A DNA stretch of 64,000 nucleotides from positions 5,724,496 to 5,788,495 of the forward strand of contig NW_026889762.1 of assembly GCF_033153115.1 (NCBI RefSeq), in the 5' to 3' direction. The notes under the pieces are model-generated. The model was not told the origin of the DNA. It saw only the letters and a list, made by a program, of their open reading frames with translations, and searched no databases. This document shows positions 1 to 13,105 of this stretch, piece after piece. The stretch is from Saccostrea echinata (taxonomy: Eukaryota). The position numbers were made by a program, and so were the translations under genes. The stretch's first letter is position 1. Every line of letters begins with the position of its first letter.

Positions 1-360
1 TTATAGTTCATTGGGAATGAAACCTGCTCAACATTGTTCAGAAAACTTTAACCTATTTATTCATCTGAAAAATGTATGTCAGATCCAGCATCCAAAGCAT
101 TTCAGCTAGACTAAGTGTATATTCCTAGTGTGCATAAGCCATACAAGTTTAACATGTTTAATTACCATTCTTCATATAGTTACTTGGGAATGAAACCTGC
201 TTCAAAAAAAATTATCAATTCATTCATTTATAAAATTTATAGGTCAGATCATGCATCCAAAGCAAGTCTGGTAGTGTCCATCCCTAGATACATCATGATT
301 CATCCATTTTACAGAAACAATGACACCATGGAAGGAACAAGCTGTCATCGAGAAAAATAA
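1..360. repeat. Satellite-like repeat fragment cut by the window edge; about 2 divergent units related to the ~150-bp array at 59880-60900
   Basis: Units containing 'gtcagatccagcatccaaagca...ttacttgggaatgaaacctgct' at ~60-200 and ~190-330 match the monomers at 59940-60900 ('gtcagatccagcatccgaagcaagtcc...ttacttggaaatgagatctgctcc'). Confidence 0.55.
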
Positions 361-1275
361 AATAAAGGAATTTTTACTTTTTAGAAAACTTGACTAGAGC
401 ACTAACATCAAAAGAGCTCCAAATATTTTGAATTTGATCAATCCTTAACATAAACTCACACAGGGTTCAACAGGAGTATCTTGCTGAAGAGTATTAGAAG
501 CTGAATAAAGGCACCTTCCACACTAGTTCTTTTCCCAGAAATCAATCCTTGTATAAGGTCAGAATAATACTGAACAAACTCTGTAATCCCAGCATACCAA
601 AGGCTAAACAGGTGCCTATAAAAATAAACACCAATAAGTCATGCATAATTATATACAGTAGAAATGATTTCAATGACTTTTCCTTGGATTGAAATTGAAT
701 TAAAGGTAGATATTAGTTTTTTCCTTTTCTGTATTTCGTCTGGGTAGGATTGGATGCCATTAAGCTTGAAAAGGTATGATATCATACCAGTATTTGTGAA
801 ATCACATGATATTGATACAGTTTCTTTTAAATGAAACCTGGATCTATTCTGGTTTCACCAATCAGTGACTGCTGTAGTACATGTACCTTGTATACTCAAT
901 ACACCCTTCTTAATCAAGTGCAGGGGTGTAGACTTCTGGTCCACACTTTCCTATGCCAAATTTAAGGCATGTGTTGAAAAGTGTAGAACTGAATCAAATA
1001 TGGTGGAGAATGGTACAATTAAAAATTTTACATATGATGTGCATCACAACAGCATTATTTTTATTAGTCTGAGTCGGTCAGATGTGCCTTAGAGTTGAGC
1101 CTTGATGTGAAGTCTTCCTTCATACAAACTTACATTGCTGATCATGATAAATGGATTTCTAGAACTCAGGAGAAATATATTGCAATGGTGATTCTGCATT
1201 GATGCATTCATGCTTACTTGTAGTTTCATGTGGAACACATCAATGATTATATAATATTACATATTGTTATACCTT

Positions 1276-1276
<1 letters not shown>

Positions 1277-1311
<35 letters not shown>

Positions 1312-2490
1312 CACATTGGCTTGGCAAAAGCACAAATCAGTTCAGTATTGAAAAAATTACTGGGGAGGGGGGGGGGGGCTTGAATTTTAAACTACCTGAT
1401 GATGCTTCCATGTCAATATAACAAATGGCTTTGTTGTACTTGAGAAGATTTTAAAAAAATTTCCCATATATTCCTTTGTAAAAATTTGATCCCCCATTGT
1501 GGCTCCTCCCTATCCCAGGGGTCATCATTTGAACAAACTTGAATCTACACTACCTGAGGATGCTTCCATATAAATATGACTCATCATGGCTTTGCTGTTC
1601 TTGAGAAGAAGATTTTTAAAGATTTTTCCTATATATTTCTATGTAAAACTTTGATAGTCCATTGTGGCCCCGCCCTACCCCCAGGGGTCATGATTTGAAC
1701 AAACTAGAATCTACACTACCTGAGGATGCTTCCATATAAATGACTCATCATGGCTTTGCTGTTCTTGAGAGATGATTTTTAAAGATTTTTCCTATATATT
1801 TTTATGTAAAACTTTGATCCTCCATTGTGGCCCCGCCCTACCCCTGGGGGTAATGATTTGAACAAACTTGAATCTACACTACCTGAGGATGCTTCCATAT
1901 AAATATGACTCATCATGGCTCTGCTGTTCCTGAGAAGATTTTTTAAAGATTTTTCCTATATATTTTTATGTAAAACTTTGATCCTCCATTGTGGCCCCGT
2001 CCTACCCCTGGGGGTAATGATTTGAACAAACTTGAATCTACACTACCTGAGGATGCTTCCATATAAATATGACTCACCATGGCTCTGCTGTTCCCGAGAA
2101 GATTTTTTTAAGGTTTTTCCTATATATATCTATGTAAAACTTTGATCCTCCATTGTGGCCCCGCCCTTCCCCCGGGGGTCATGATTTGAACAAACTTGAA
2201 TTTACACTACCTGAGGATGCTTCCATATAAATATGACTCAGCATGGCTTTGCTGTTCTTGAAAAGAAGATTTTTAAAGGTTTTTCCTATATATTTCTATG
2301 TAAAACTTTGATCCTCCATTGTGGCCCCGCCCTACCCCCAGGGGTCATGATTTGAACAAACTTGAATCTACACTACCTGAGGATGCTTCCACATGAGTTT
2401 CATCTTTCCTGGCCCTCTGGTTCTTGAGAAGAAGATTTTTAAAAGATGCTATTAATTTTTCACTAATTCTTTATTATCTCCCCTTGAAAG

Positions 2491-2540
<50 letters not shown>

Positions 2541-2543
2541 ACT

Positions 2544-2574
<31 letters not shown>

Positions 2575-2648
2575 AGTTCTGGAGAAGAAGATGAAATTGT
2601 GAAAAGTTTACAACGACGACGACGACACCGACGACAACGACAGACAAA

Positions 2649-2704
<56 letters not shown>

Positions 2705-2705
2705 G
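1277..2705 (+). mobile_element. Helentron/HINE-like non-autonomous element carrying a satellite array
   Basis: 5' end 'AACAAGAGGCCCATGGGCC...CACCTGAG' is shared with copies at 7652 and 41553. It has an internal ~163-bp tandem array. The 3' end has the GACGACGACGACACCGACGAC tract, then the hairpin 'gagccttcggctc', then 'aGGTGAGCTAAAAAg'. The same 3' architecture recurs at 43383-43456 and 61021-61084. Confidence 0.65.
1380..2560. repeat. Tandem satellite array, ~163-bp monomer, ~7 copies
   Basis: Monomers restart at ~1538, 1707, 1869, 2033, 2196 and 2360 with 'cttgaatctacactacctgaggatgcttccatataaatatgactcatcatggct...ccattgtggccccgccctacccc...ggggtcatgatttgaacaaa'. Copies are about 90% identical. 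Confidence 0.9.
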
Positions 2706-3372
2706 TGGTTTCTTTAAAAATCTATACTTAACAAAATGTCTAATATTTTCCATATTTTACTGAGCACTGAGTGAGATATTTGACCTGTTGATCATGTTGA
2801 TAAAATATTGGACTGCTTAGTCACACAAAGATAAAAGGTATAACAAAACATTTATTGACTGTGTTCTAGGGCAAAATGCATTTTGACTACCCTCAGAACC
2901 AAACTGTTTGTCTTTGGCCTAACAGCCTCAGGGAAACAGTTTGGTTCTTGGGTCCAACAAAATGCATGTTGCCCTTGAACCCAGTTAATAAATGTATAAT
3001 ATTGCTAATTTGTCTGCAGGAAATGCCAAATGTACATAAGCTAAACAATGACATCTGTAAAAGGGTAAGTCACTTATAGTTTCACAGGGCTTAAAAAAAG
3101 ATTACAAAGAGGTTGTACTTTTACAAAATAGAAGATACCCTACCTTGTGGAAGCAATTTTAATTCAAAATGTTATCAAACTTTTTCTCATAGAATATTTT
3201 GGCCAGTACAATCATATTTTCAGCTAGGTAAAGGTACTGGGTAGCAGCAGATTTTGCAAGACTTGACTTTCATGCTTATCATTTTTCAGTACTTTCAGTA
3301 CCTTGATCATGTTGAGTAAGGATATATTAATGGTATATTGAAAAACAGTAAACATGGTAAAAGAAACCATAC

Positions 3373-3899
3373 CTGGAAAGAAAATCTGATGATGCAGACC
3401 CAATTCTCATTGACATGAATTCCTCTTTAATGTTTCTCCTTGCTTGTATGAAAAAGTTTTCAATTTTTTCTATTTTACATGACATTATGATAGAATCAGA
3501 ATCTTCATCAAAGCTACTCATGCATTTTTTTGTCGATTCGATCAGACATTCCTTTATTTCCAGAAGTTTAGTCCAAAATGCAGCACGATCTTTGATACCA
3601 TAAAATTCCACTGAATACAAGCCTTCCAGAACAGATTTAGTTAACTCTGACAATTCTGTCGCTTTTTCATCGTAAAAGATCCCATAAGATTCTAATATAC
3701 CATTATCCCATTTTGAAACATCACATCTGTAACTTTTGTCTCTTTCATAAGATTGAGATCGAGATCGAGTCAAATTGGTACTGTAACTGTCATCACTATC
3801 ACAAGATTGAGATCGAGATCTTGGACTTAATTTTCTTTTTCGTGATAATACTGAAGAGGGTGACATTAGTATAAGGCTAGGATTTGGTGAACCTTCCAT
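3373..3899 (-). CDS. Putative first coding exon of an unknown gene with an Arg/Ser-rich N-terminus (MEGSPNPSLILMSPSSVLSRKRKLSPRSRSQSCDSDDSYSTNLTRSRSQSYERDKSYR...)
   Basis: ATG in an acaATGg context at 3899 (minus). Open for 175 codons, then a minus-strand donor 'tccag|gtatgg' at +3372/3373. The six-frame ORF 3327..3899 reads through into the intron. Codon composition differs from the flanking AT-rich DNA. Confidence 0.4.
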
Positions 3900-3994
3900 T
3901 GTACAAAATGGTGTTTTCTAGCACTTCTTCCTAAAAATAAATATGAGAGATCACTAACCCTTTATGATAACTGCTGGTACTGCTCTTTTGCAAT

Positions 3995-5010
3995 TAATAG
4001 AGAGGTTTAGCAAACCAACGTGTACGCATACATGTACGTGTTCCCCCCGGAAATCTGTGCATTACGTCATCAGTTTTGCTAATGACGAATTTCTACACGT
4101 ATCCACTTATGTGTAAATTACCGAGTACACGTAAGTCTAAACTTGTAGCCTATATTTCTATAACTGCTGTTTAAAATGTGTGCGTTTTCCTATAACCTGA
4201 AGGTTTAATGCATATACTGATATAAAGAACTAAATGTCTATGATTGAAAAATATAATTTTATCGAATGTTAAATACACAACATCTAGACTTTCAAAACAG
4301 GCTTTGAGGGATCAAAATTATAAGAGCTCTTTCCATTCTTTTTCCTATAAATATATGCATATATTTATTTAAAAGGGTGATATGCGTATTATTTAAATTT
4401 AATGTCTTTTCCATTTTTTTTTTAAATGTTAAGCACTTTTGCATTTAACAGGTCCAGCACAATACCCCGATAAAGGTATATAGCTTGATAAAGCTATATA
4501 CCTTTATCAAGGTATTACAAATACCCTGATCAAGGTATTTTATGTAATGAAAATACAAAAAAAAATCCTAAAAAAATTAAATTTAAAAGTTGAATTATGA
4601 GTTGTAGTCAGTGTGTTCACTCGTGCATGAAAAGTACTCAGGTATCAAAAAGACGGTATAAAAGAACGTCTCCTCACATGACATGCTTTTATACTGATTC
4701 TTTGTGTTTAAGTACTTTACATGCATGAGTGAACTCAGAACTCGACTTTCAGTATTTATTTTTTTTAGGATTTTTTTGGTATTTTCATTACATAAAATAC
4801 CTTGATCAAGGTATTTGTAATACCTTGATAAAGCTATATAGCTTTATCAAGCTATATACCTTTATCAGGGTATTTTGCTGGACCTGTTTAAAACACTTAC
4901 AAATATAGGTACAGGATATACTTGGCTAAACTAGAAAAATAATGTAAACGTGTACGTGTAATTCTAACTTGTAGTATACACGTACATGTACACGTACAAG
5001 TGAGCTTATT
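3995..5010. mobile_element. Outer inverted-repeat pair (~100-150 bp arms at 3995-4150 and 4920-5010) enclosing the MITE at 4443-4885; nested MITE or foldback structure
   Basis: 'ttaatagagaggtttagcaaaccaacgtgtacgcatacatgtacgtg...' at the left pairs with the reverse complement of '...cacgtacatgtacacgtacaagtgagcttattaaatctctctattaacg' at the right. Confidence 0.45.
4443..4885. mobile_element. MITE with ~115-bp terminal inverted repeats (TIRs 4443-4560 and 4770-4885) and a candidate TTTAA/TTAA target duplication
   Basis: Left arm 'caggtccagcacaataccccgataaaggtatatagcttgataaagctatatacctttatcaaggtattacaaataccctgatcaaggtattttatgtaatgaaaataca' is almost the perfect reverse complement of 4770-4885. 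Flanks read ...gcaTTTAAcagg / cctgTTTAAaac. Confidence 0.7.
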
Positions 5011-5231
5011 AAATCTCTCTATTAACGTTTCATGAAGTTTTTGTTGGCAGAAAATTAGTTGTTTTTTAAACAAATGCTACCTCATCATATTCCACAAAGC
5101 TCGATCAATTTTCCTGCTCTGTTCAAAATGCAATTTTACATAAAAATATTTCGGGGCCAAATTATATATTGCCACTATTAATCATTCATTTGATAGAAGT
5201 TGCAGGAAGCAGATATACATTATTGCAATTT

Positions 5232-5545
5232 GTGTGTGTGTGTGTGTGTGTGATCACAGGAGTTCGCAATTTTATCAATAAAGTCAATAAAAATCACTCG
5301 ATTGACCAAGCCATGAGCTATGCGTAGAGAGAAGGAAGAAAAAAAAGCCCCCGACACCGGCGGACCGGTGCCAGAGGCGGTAAGATAGAAGAGAGAGGGG
5401 GAACACAGGAGTTCGCAATTTTATCAATAAAGTCAATAAAAATCACTCGATTGACCAAGCCATGAGCTATGCGTTAGCATAGCTCATGGCTTGGTCAATC
5501 GAGTGATTTTTATTGACTTTATTGATAAAATTGCGAACTCCTGTG
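5232..5545. repeat. (TG)10 microsatellite, a 75-bp direct copy (5251-5325) and a perfect ~144-bp palindrome (5402-5545) built from the same 70-nt unit
   Basis: Unit 'cacaggagttcgcaattttatcaataaagtcaataaaaatcactcgattgaccaagccatgagctatgcg' occurs once directly at 5251. At 5402 it occurs again, immediately followed by its exact reverse complement ('...gctatgcgttagcatagctcatggcttggtcaatcgagtgatttttattgac...cctgtg'). Confidence 0.85.
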
Positions 5546-6077
5546 GTGTGATGCACTTTAACCTAGAGGTTGCGATCGCTCTTTTCTTAACATTTCCAGT
5601 TGCAATAAATTAAACCTTAGTAAAATTAGCTTTCTATGAGCCTACAGAAATTGTTTATACCTTGTCCATTAATGTCATCCACCAGGAAAGTATTGCAGGG
5701 AGAATACGACCCAGTACATTCTTCAGTCCGAAAAGACTCGGCAACATGTCAAATATCACAATTTATAGAGTTATCGTTCTTTGCCTAGGTAACGGGATGT
5801 TTCGCGCCATTGCATGATTCGCCCAGAGATGTTTCAGTCCAGATATATAAATGTACATTGAATTCGTTTAGCAAAAAAAAAGTAAATTATTTTACATTTG
5901 TAAATATAAAATATAAGTAATATATGTACATTTACATTTAAATAAAAAATATATAAGTAATATATGTACACCTGTGGAGAGTTTTTTCCCCAATTTTCAA
6001 TTTTTTACCATTCTCAAGTATTTTTTTGTGTTTTGAAAAAAAATGAACAAATTAAAACATAAATCCGGAATGTTCTT

Positions 6078-6130
6078 TGTGTGTGTGGGTGTGGATGGGT
6101 GTGTGTGTGTGTGTGGGGGGGGGGGGGGGC
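6078..6130. repeat. GT/G-rich microsatellite ending in a poly-G run of ~17 nt
   Basis: gtgtgtgtgggtgtggatgggtgtgtgtgtgtgtgtggggggggggggggg. Confidence 0.9.
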
Positions 6131-7651
6131 TCTTCCAAAATTGTGAATTTCATGGCCCCTGGTTCAGGGGTTCTGTGTTTGGGTGGGGCTCCATTGATAA
6201 TATTTATGTAATAGCAAAATGCATTTATTTAATGCTAAAAAAAATCTTCCCGTATGCCCCAGAGTAAACTAATTAAGTGCAATAATATAAATGTAAATAT
6301 ATAAATATAATTATAAATAATGTGGGGGGTTTTTTTAGTTTTCTCTGATCCTGGGTATATCTAGGAGGCAAACAGAATACAAAATTAATTGTCATGTGAA
6401 GTAAAGGAGAGTTACTCCCCTTTGCTAAATTGTTGTAATCAAGAAGTTCTCGTGTATAATTTAATTAAGAGGGTTTTTTTTGATTGAATGACAATACAAA
6501 AAGAATGTTATATATAGAAACAAAAATAAATGTTTGGTTTAACTGAGCAATGCATTCTCGAAGTCAGATTCTTGCCTGAAAAGTAATATAAAAGATTGAC
6601 ATAAAGGTTATCTATGCATATATAGAAAAAGGGCCCATTGCACACAGGATGTGCATGAACATGCATGGTGTTAAGTTTGACAATTGACGAGTTATTTAAT
6701 TAATGAATTCAATGGCTACTCAAGTTATACTGTTTTTTTTATAACCTGGGTTGGAAGTTAATGTGGTTTATAAAAAGCGTAAACTGCTCCAACCTAGGTT
6801 ATACGAGTAGAACTTGTGTAGCTTTTGAATTCATTCCTTATAATTTAATTTTCCAACAATGAGTATAGAAAATAAGACGTTGTTTCTTTCAAAAATTCCC
6901 TTTAACAAATTTTATTTTAAAAGTAACGTCAGGCGGATTGATCATTGTAACGTAGGAAACGCAGATTATACAACATGATATAAATTTATTTTTCTGTCCA
7001 ATCAATTGGCGTGTTACAATCAGAATTGAATTATTGTCAGGTAAAATCATGGTTGGCAAGAGACTGCATAAAATCTTATTATACTTTATTAACGGGAACA
7101 AGTGATCACAGAGAGTTCGGGTGAATATGGGACAATTTAGTTGATGACAAGTGACAAATAACCGCGTTGTATAGGCAAGCCTCTCTTTGTGTACTCAATT
7201 GTAGCAGTAGGCAAGCGACAAAAACATATGTATATATTGAATACCTTACACACTAGGCAAGTGTCCATTGTATTTGTATATTTTGCATTCATTAATACCC
7301 CTGTAAGACTGTGTAAAACCAACTGCGATCACAGGAGATCACTCGGATCTCGCACGTTACACTAAGCAAGGGTATTTTTACCGAATCTTGGAATTCTCAG
7401 CAACATTGCTTCATCTATAGGTTAATCTTGTTTTTTTTTTTTTTTTTTTACTTTTATGGATCCTTTACAGTGTTGTATTAAACTCTGGTGACCGTCAAGG
7501 CCCTTGGGCATCTTGTTTATATAATATTAACTTAATAAAATAAATTGAACAATCACTCTATCACGTACACTATATGCCTCCTTGACCACCCAAGACGAGA
7601 TGGCATCTGTCCTGTCTAAGGTCTTGCGAGGATTACTTCGCCTAGTTAAAA

Positions 7652-9080
7652 GAACAAGAGGCCCAAGGGCCTTAACGGTCACCTGAGAATAATACAACAA
7701 TTTAGAAGATCCATAGAACATAAAATAAACTGAAAGATGAAGATTTGTTGCCCAAAAGAGAGAGAAGTAGGAAGATCAGGATCAACAAAATAATAAGTCT
7801 AATATTCAGTAACAACTCATAAATGAAGTTCTAATCTGTTCCCCATTTATCACTATCACCATGCACACTATTAATTCTGTTCTATTTTTAACCTCATATT
7901 ATAACCTCTCACATTGGCCTCTCTTGGTCTTTGAAGAACATTTAATAAGGTAAGTTATTTTTGTCTCATTTTATAATCTATTATTTACAAGTCTACCTGA
8001 TCATTAGAACTAAGAAAGTACTTCTTGTATTGTACAGTAAAAATTCTTGCATAATTCTCTTATTCTATTAACCTTTCAAATACATTATTTTCAGTCATTA
8101 ATAATCACAGGTGAATGGCAAACTAGAATAACTTCTCGCAGTAGAATACAAATTAATAAAGCCCTGCCCGGGTCAGAACGCTTGACCAAATGATCCAGAT
8201 GTTCAAAAATATGGTAAAAATACCCTTGCTTGTTAAAGCTGTTACTCAGTTTGCCTCCGATATGCCCAGAGGCAGAGAAGAATTTCACAGGTACAATGCA
8301 TTTTCGCTTCAGATTCAGTTATTTACCCTCATCATCATAACAATGCACTTCAAAGAAGTAACACATTTCCACTATATTATCAATTACCCCCCCCCCCCCC
8401 CCAATTCCCGAGAAACACCAGAACCCCTGACCGTGGACCACACAAGTTTTGAAAATTCTGTTAGGAGCACCCTTGTTCTTCATGCATAACTATGCATTTT
8501 GTTTATCTGCGCAACATTAAATAATCTCCAAGGGCAGAAAAAACGTTTTAATGCATTTTCACTATATAATCAATAGAGCCCCGCCCTAACACCAGCACCT
8601 CTGATCCAGGGGTCATGTGGTTCACAATTTTGGAAGAGACCTCCTTGTTCATCATTACTATGTACTCTTTATGTACTCTATGTATACTTTTTTATTCAGA
8701 AGCAGAGAAGATAACATTTTCAAAGAATCAAATAATGCATTTCACTATATAATCAATATAGCCCCGCCCTTACTCCAGAATCCCTGGCCCAGCTAGGGGC
8801 TATGAAATTCACAATTTTGGAAGTGACATACTTGCTCATCATAACTATGCATTTAGTTTGTTTGCTGAATACCCAGGAGCAGAGAAGATTTTTTTAAAGG
8901 AATAATGCACTCTCACTATATAGTCAACACAGCCCCACCCTAGCACCAGAACCACTGACCCTGCATGGGGCCATGATATTCACAATTAAGGTAGAGGGTT
9001 CAATGCTTATTACAATTATGCCAACAGTTTGACTGCTTGATGTCCAGGAGTAAAGAAGATTTTTAAAAATTGCATTTAAA
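7652..9080 (+). mobile_element. Helentron/HINE-like element, copy A, 3'-truncated; paralogous to 41553-43456
   Basis: 'aacaagaggcccaagggccttaacggtcacctgagaataatacaacaatttaga...' at 7652 aligns with 41553. The ~400-bp 5' region is collinear with copy B, followed by a ~180-bp satellite array. Similarity to copy B stops near 9080, before the conserved 3' hairpin terminus. Confidence 0.65.
8280..9080. repeat. Tandem satellite array, ~170-190-bp monomer, ~4.5 copies, containing a C16 run
   Basis: Monomers begin 'cactatata(a/t)tcaat...agccccgccct(a/t)acaccagaacc...ggggccatga(a/t)attcacaatt' at ~8370, 8560, 8743 and 8912. Confidence 0.8.
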
Positions 9081-9961
9081 AATGGACTTTAGAGCTTGAT
9101 TTCTGTTTGTTAACTCCATATTTGATGTATTTCTATGCAAGAGAAATACAGAGTCTTTTGTTTGTTTAAGATGCTTTTCGTTATGGCAACAGTCGCCATG
9201 TTAATGACGAATTTATAATGTTTTTACTGAAGGGAAAACTACTTTAAATTTGTAATGACATAACTGATCAGTTTATTGCAGCAATGGGAAATACAAACTG
9301 AACAACAACAACGCAAAGCAGTTAAGGCAGGGCAGAAGTTTGTGACATAAGGTACAGGCGTTTGATGCTGGTCATCTAAGATCTTTGAGTGAGTTAATAA
9401 TGCTTTACTATGTGTATAAATATTTTTTTTTTAAATTATGTGATACAGCATTAAAAGAGAATGAAGGCGAAAAGATAATAGAATGGACGGGGTAAAATTC
9501 TGAAAACAAAAACAATAAATAACTCAAGGAAGAATACTAATTTATTTCAAAGGGATTGCTTATGTTACAATGGAAGACTGAATGACGTCATAATTACAAG
9601 TAAATGACGCAGCAAGAAGTATCATCCGGTCCTGTAAAAGAAATGTTCATTGTTACTAAGAAATAATGTTTCATTTTAAAACTTGCTATCGGTATGCAAA
9701 TGGGTTGCATGGTCGTGCTCGAATGACTTTTTGGTATATTTATTCACGTTCGAACCGCATTTATATCCCAGTAAATGTTTAAAAATGATACGATATTTTA
9801 ATGGGATAACCAAACGATGAAAAATTAATTTCAAATTATAGCAAAATTTTCTTCGAAATTTCATTTAACATTGAAGTATACTTTTTATTTAAAAAAAATA
9901 CTAACTTTTTATTAAAAAAAAATACTAACAAGGTACGGTTTCAATACAAATCTTGCCCTGT

Positions 9962-9987
9962 TTTTTTTTTCTTAAAAGTGAAAGTGA

Positions 9988-10025
<38 letters not shown>
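9962..10025. repeat. Poly(A) tract of about 48 nt
   Basis: An uninterrupted A run at 9979-10026, preceded by T10. Confidence 0.9.
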
Positions 10026-10027
<2 letters not shown>

Positions 10028-11696
10028 CCATTCGGAAAGATCGCAGCTATGTTAAGGCTGTCCGAAGGCTTGATATGAATTAAAATATACAATTTATTAT
10101 GAGCTAGATTTTAATTTCAATTTGTAATCTATGTATGAATTTGCAGTCAACTTGTGATGAGAGTGTAAAATGCATTTTTGTGATGTCACATGACTTTGTT
10201 GATCACGTGACGGACACTTATAAATTCCTAATTGTTGCACGAAAATCGCAACGCCACAAGTGCAAAACAACATTATTGAGAAAAAAATTGTCACATAAGT
10301 CAATTCATCGTGGTCTTTGGTACATATGAAGTGCTGGGGGCAGGTCTGAATTTTACTTCTTGAAAAAATATTCCACGAGAATTAAATTCAACTTACCAAC
10401 ATACAAGGGGGCATTTTCCCTTCTTTATCGCAATTTATACAAAATAGGATAAATTACATACAATCCCCCAGCAAAATTCAGTTAGAGGACATACTTCTCT
10501 AGTAAATTCACAGCGAATATCTACAATTTATCCTTATTAATCACTTGTGCCAGTCAAATATATGCACGATTTTTAAATTCTAGCTCTGTCCACGGACGTG
10601 TAAGGGGAAGCGTTTCACAGTCAATTTTTTGTTATTGTTTGAATATATGAATATCTGACAAGTTAATGGAATAACGATATCAAATTGCAAATGTTCAACA
10701 TCATAACAGCACACTTTAGCTTAAAGAACAATCCAGACATTTGAATCAAACAGTAACGCTAAAAAATCTTTACATGTGTGAAAGGAATGTAAAAGTTATG
10801 ACACTTTCCCCGTCATGTCAGCTCAAGTATGCAGTGACTTGACGTCATATGCTATTATGACGTCATATCTAGGTAGTTCAGAGAAGGTACTACAGTGGGA
10901 ACAGTTTGGTATTTTACGGACAGCCTTATCCTAGCCGCGATTATACAAATCATTTTTCTTACGTGACCTTCTAAATGCTAATTGTGACGTCATAAACTTG
11001 TGCATTTTTCTGCATTTCCTTAAAAAGTGGCAGAAGACACCAATTTTCAATGGAATTTTCTTTCAGATACTATACTATATTATTAATATTGTCCACTGGC
11101 ATCGCCCACAAAGATTTTGAGATATGTGATTTTTCAAAGAATTTTACACAATATATTAGAAAATTAAAGTGGGCGACGTCTGTGTTCACTATTTTCTTAT
11201 GGAAAATAACATTTGAAATGGGTCACTTTGAGACTTTTTCTGATTTAAGTAGAAAAATGCATCAAATTAATGACGTCATTTTTCCCGAATGGTACTCCTT
11301 CATGCCGCATTCTTTCCTGTTTCATCAAATTCATATATTCAACTAATATTTAAACCAGTTTCAAAACTTTTTAAAAACATTAAATTTTTAGGACATAATA
11401 TGAAATACCATGCTCACAGCAAATAGGACAAAAAATAGCAAAAAAGATCACTTTCTCATATTATATAAGTTTTTCTATATGAGTGCTTCTTCACCCCATT
11501 TGATTTTTTTTTTTTTTTTGAAAATTTATCCTCAAAGTATGTGTATAAATATACTTTTTTTAATTACCAAAAAATCTAGAAAGACCCTCTATACCTTGAA
11601 ATACACTAGTCTATTACGACACAGCATTCGTATATTTCCAAGAAATACTTGAAGTTCATTTAGTCACTAGTCATAACACAAACATGATATATAAAT

Positions 11697-11790
11697 GCGA
11701 GTTGTGTAGCACAGTGGTTAGTGAATTAGTCTCCTAGGAAAAGGTTACTGGGGATTTTTATTTCTAGGGTTTGAACCCCAAGAATACTAC
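11697..11790 (+). other. tRNA-like or SINE-head-like sequence; degenerate, not an intact tRNA
   Basis: 'gttgtgtagcacagtggttagtg' resembles a D-arm and 'gggtttgaaccccaag' resembles a T-arm. The stems do not pair well enough to form a functional cloverleaf. Confidence 0.25.
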
Positions 11791-13105
11791 ATCATTATTT
11801 AAGTATTTAAATTTTGTAGAGAAAATTTTGTTTGTTAGAATTTCATAAATTTCAATATTAAGAACTTTTCCTAAATGCTATTTATTCACACATTGAAATT
11901 ATAATTTTTATTTATCTGAAACTATAGACATAATGCATGTCTTGTTTGCCCATCTGTTTTGCCTGCTATAGTCCTAAACCTATGAAATATATATTTTTTT
12001 TAATTTCAACGATATAAATTAATATGTTGATAACATTGACGACTTATGACGTCGTTATGTCTAAACAACGAATTTATGGTCATGAGACGATTTTTTTAAA
12101 CACAGATTTAAATACGCTTTGTTTAAATATTGTTATATAAGAAAAAACATTTGCAAAAGTAAATATTGCATATTGGTTATGAAAATTTCTATCGTATTTA
12201 TTAATATTTACTTTTGATCAAATTAGCCAAAAAATGATGAATATGCACATGCTTTTTACATGGTTTTTTTTCCCATTGTAAACAGGGTTACTTTCGGTCC
12301 GTTTTATTTTGCCTATTCACTCTTTTGCCTTCATTTGCCTTGTTTTAACTTAACTCATTCGAGTAAAAGAAATCACTATTTCAAATTCTACACGTTTTAT
12401 TTGCTATGGTGGCAAAATAAATTTTGAAAAGATTCTTGAATGTAGAAATAACCTATTTCAGGCACCAGAAGAAAAAAAAAATTTTTTTGATTTTCTATTT
12501 TAACAGGGGAATAAAACTATGAACAAATGCACGTTTAAAAGAGTGTTAAAATCAATAATATAACTAAAAAGAATATGAAGTCTCTTGAATAATGCATGTA
12601 AATATAAATCATGTTAAAACAGTAGAGCTCTTTATATACTGTTTCCACTCATTATTGAAATTTTAAATGAGAAATTTATTTTTTCTAATAATTTTTACTT
12701 AAATATGATCTGTTCTAAATGAAAGAACATTGTACATACATGTATTCTAAAACATTAGAGGTAAAGGAAACATATATATCAATGCATTACCTAACTGGCA
12801 ATGAGTCTTCCTGGTCGTTTGAGTTTACAATGAAGGGGTGAAGTACAACCAGCCTCTGTACAAAAATAACATTCAAAAACATGAAAAGTGATTCAAAAAA
12901 ATACTATAATTAGGATTGTTCACCAAAGTCATGATCCATTCTCTTTTCTTTCAAAGTACTATTTTAATTATAACTCTTTTAAAAGCAACACCACAACAAC
13001 TGGGAAGTTAATATTTTTTCAGTTTGATATTGTACAGAAAAAAAAAATATTTCATACGTAAGATTGATAAACAGATATACCTTTATATATTGAAGGGCTT
13101 GTTAC

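Noticed and set aside
1380-2560. The regular ~160-bp repeat arrays here, and those at 8280-9080, 42230-43150 and 59880-60900, looked superficially like repeat-spacer structure, which would suggest a CRISPR array
   Set aside because: The units are 150-190 bp and fully tandem, with no unique spacers. The genome is eukaryotic, with spliced genes and LINEs. These are satellite arrays inside Helentron-like elements.
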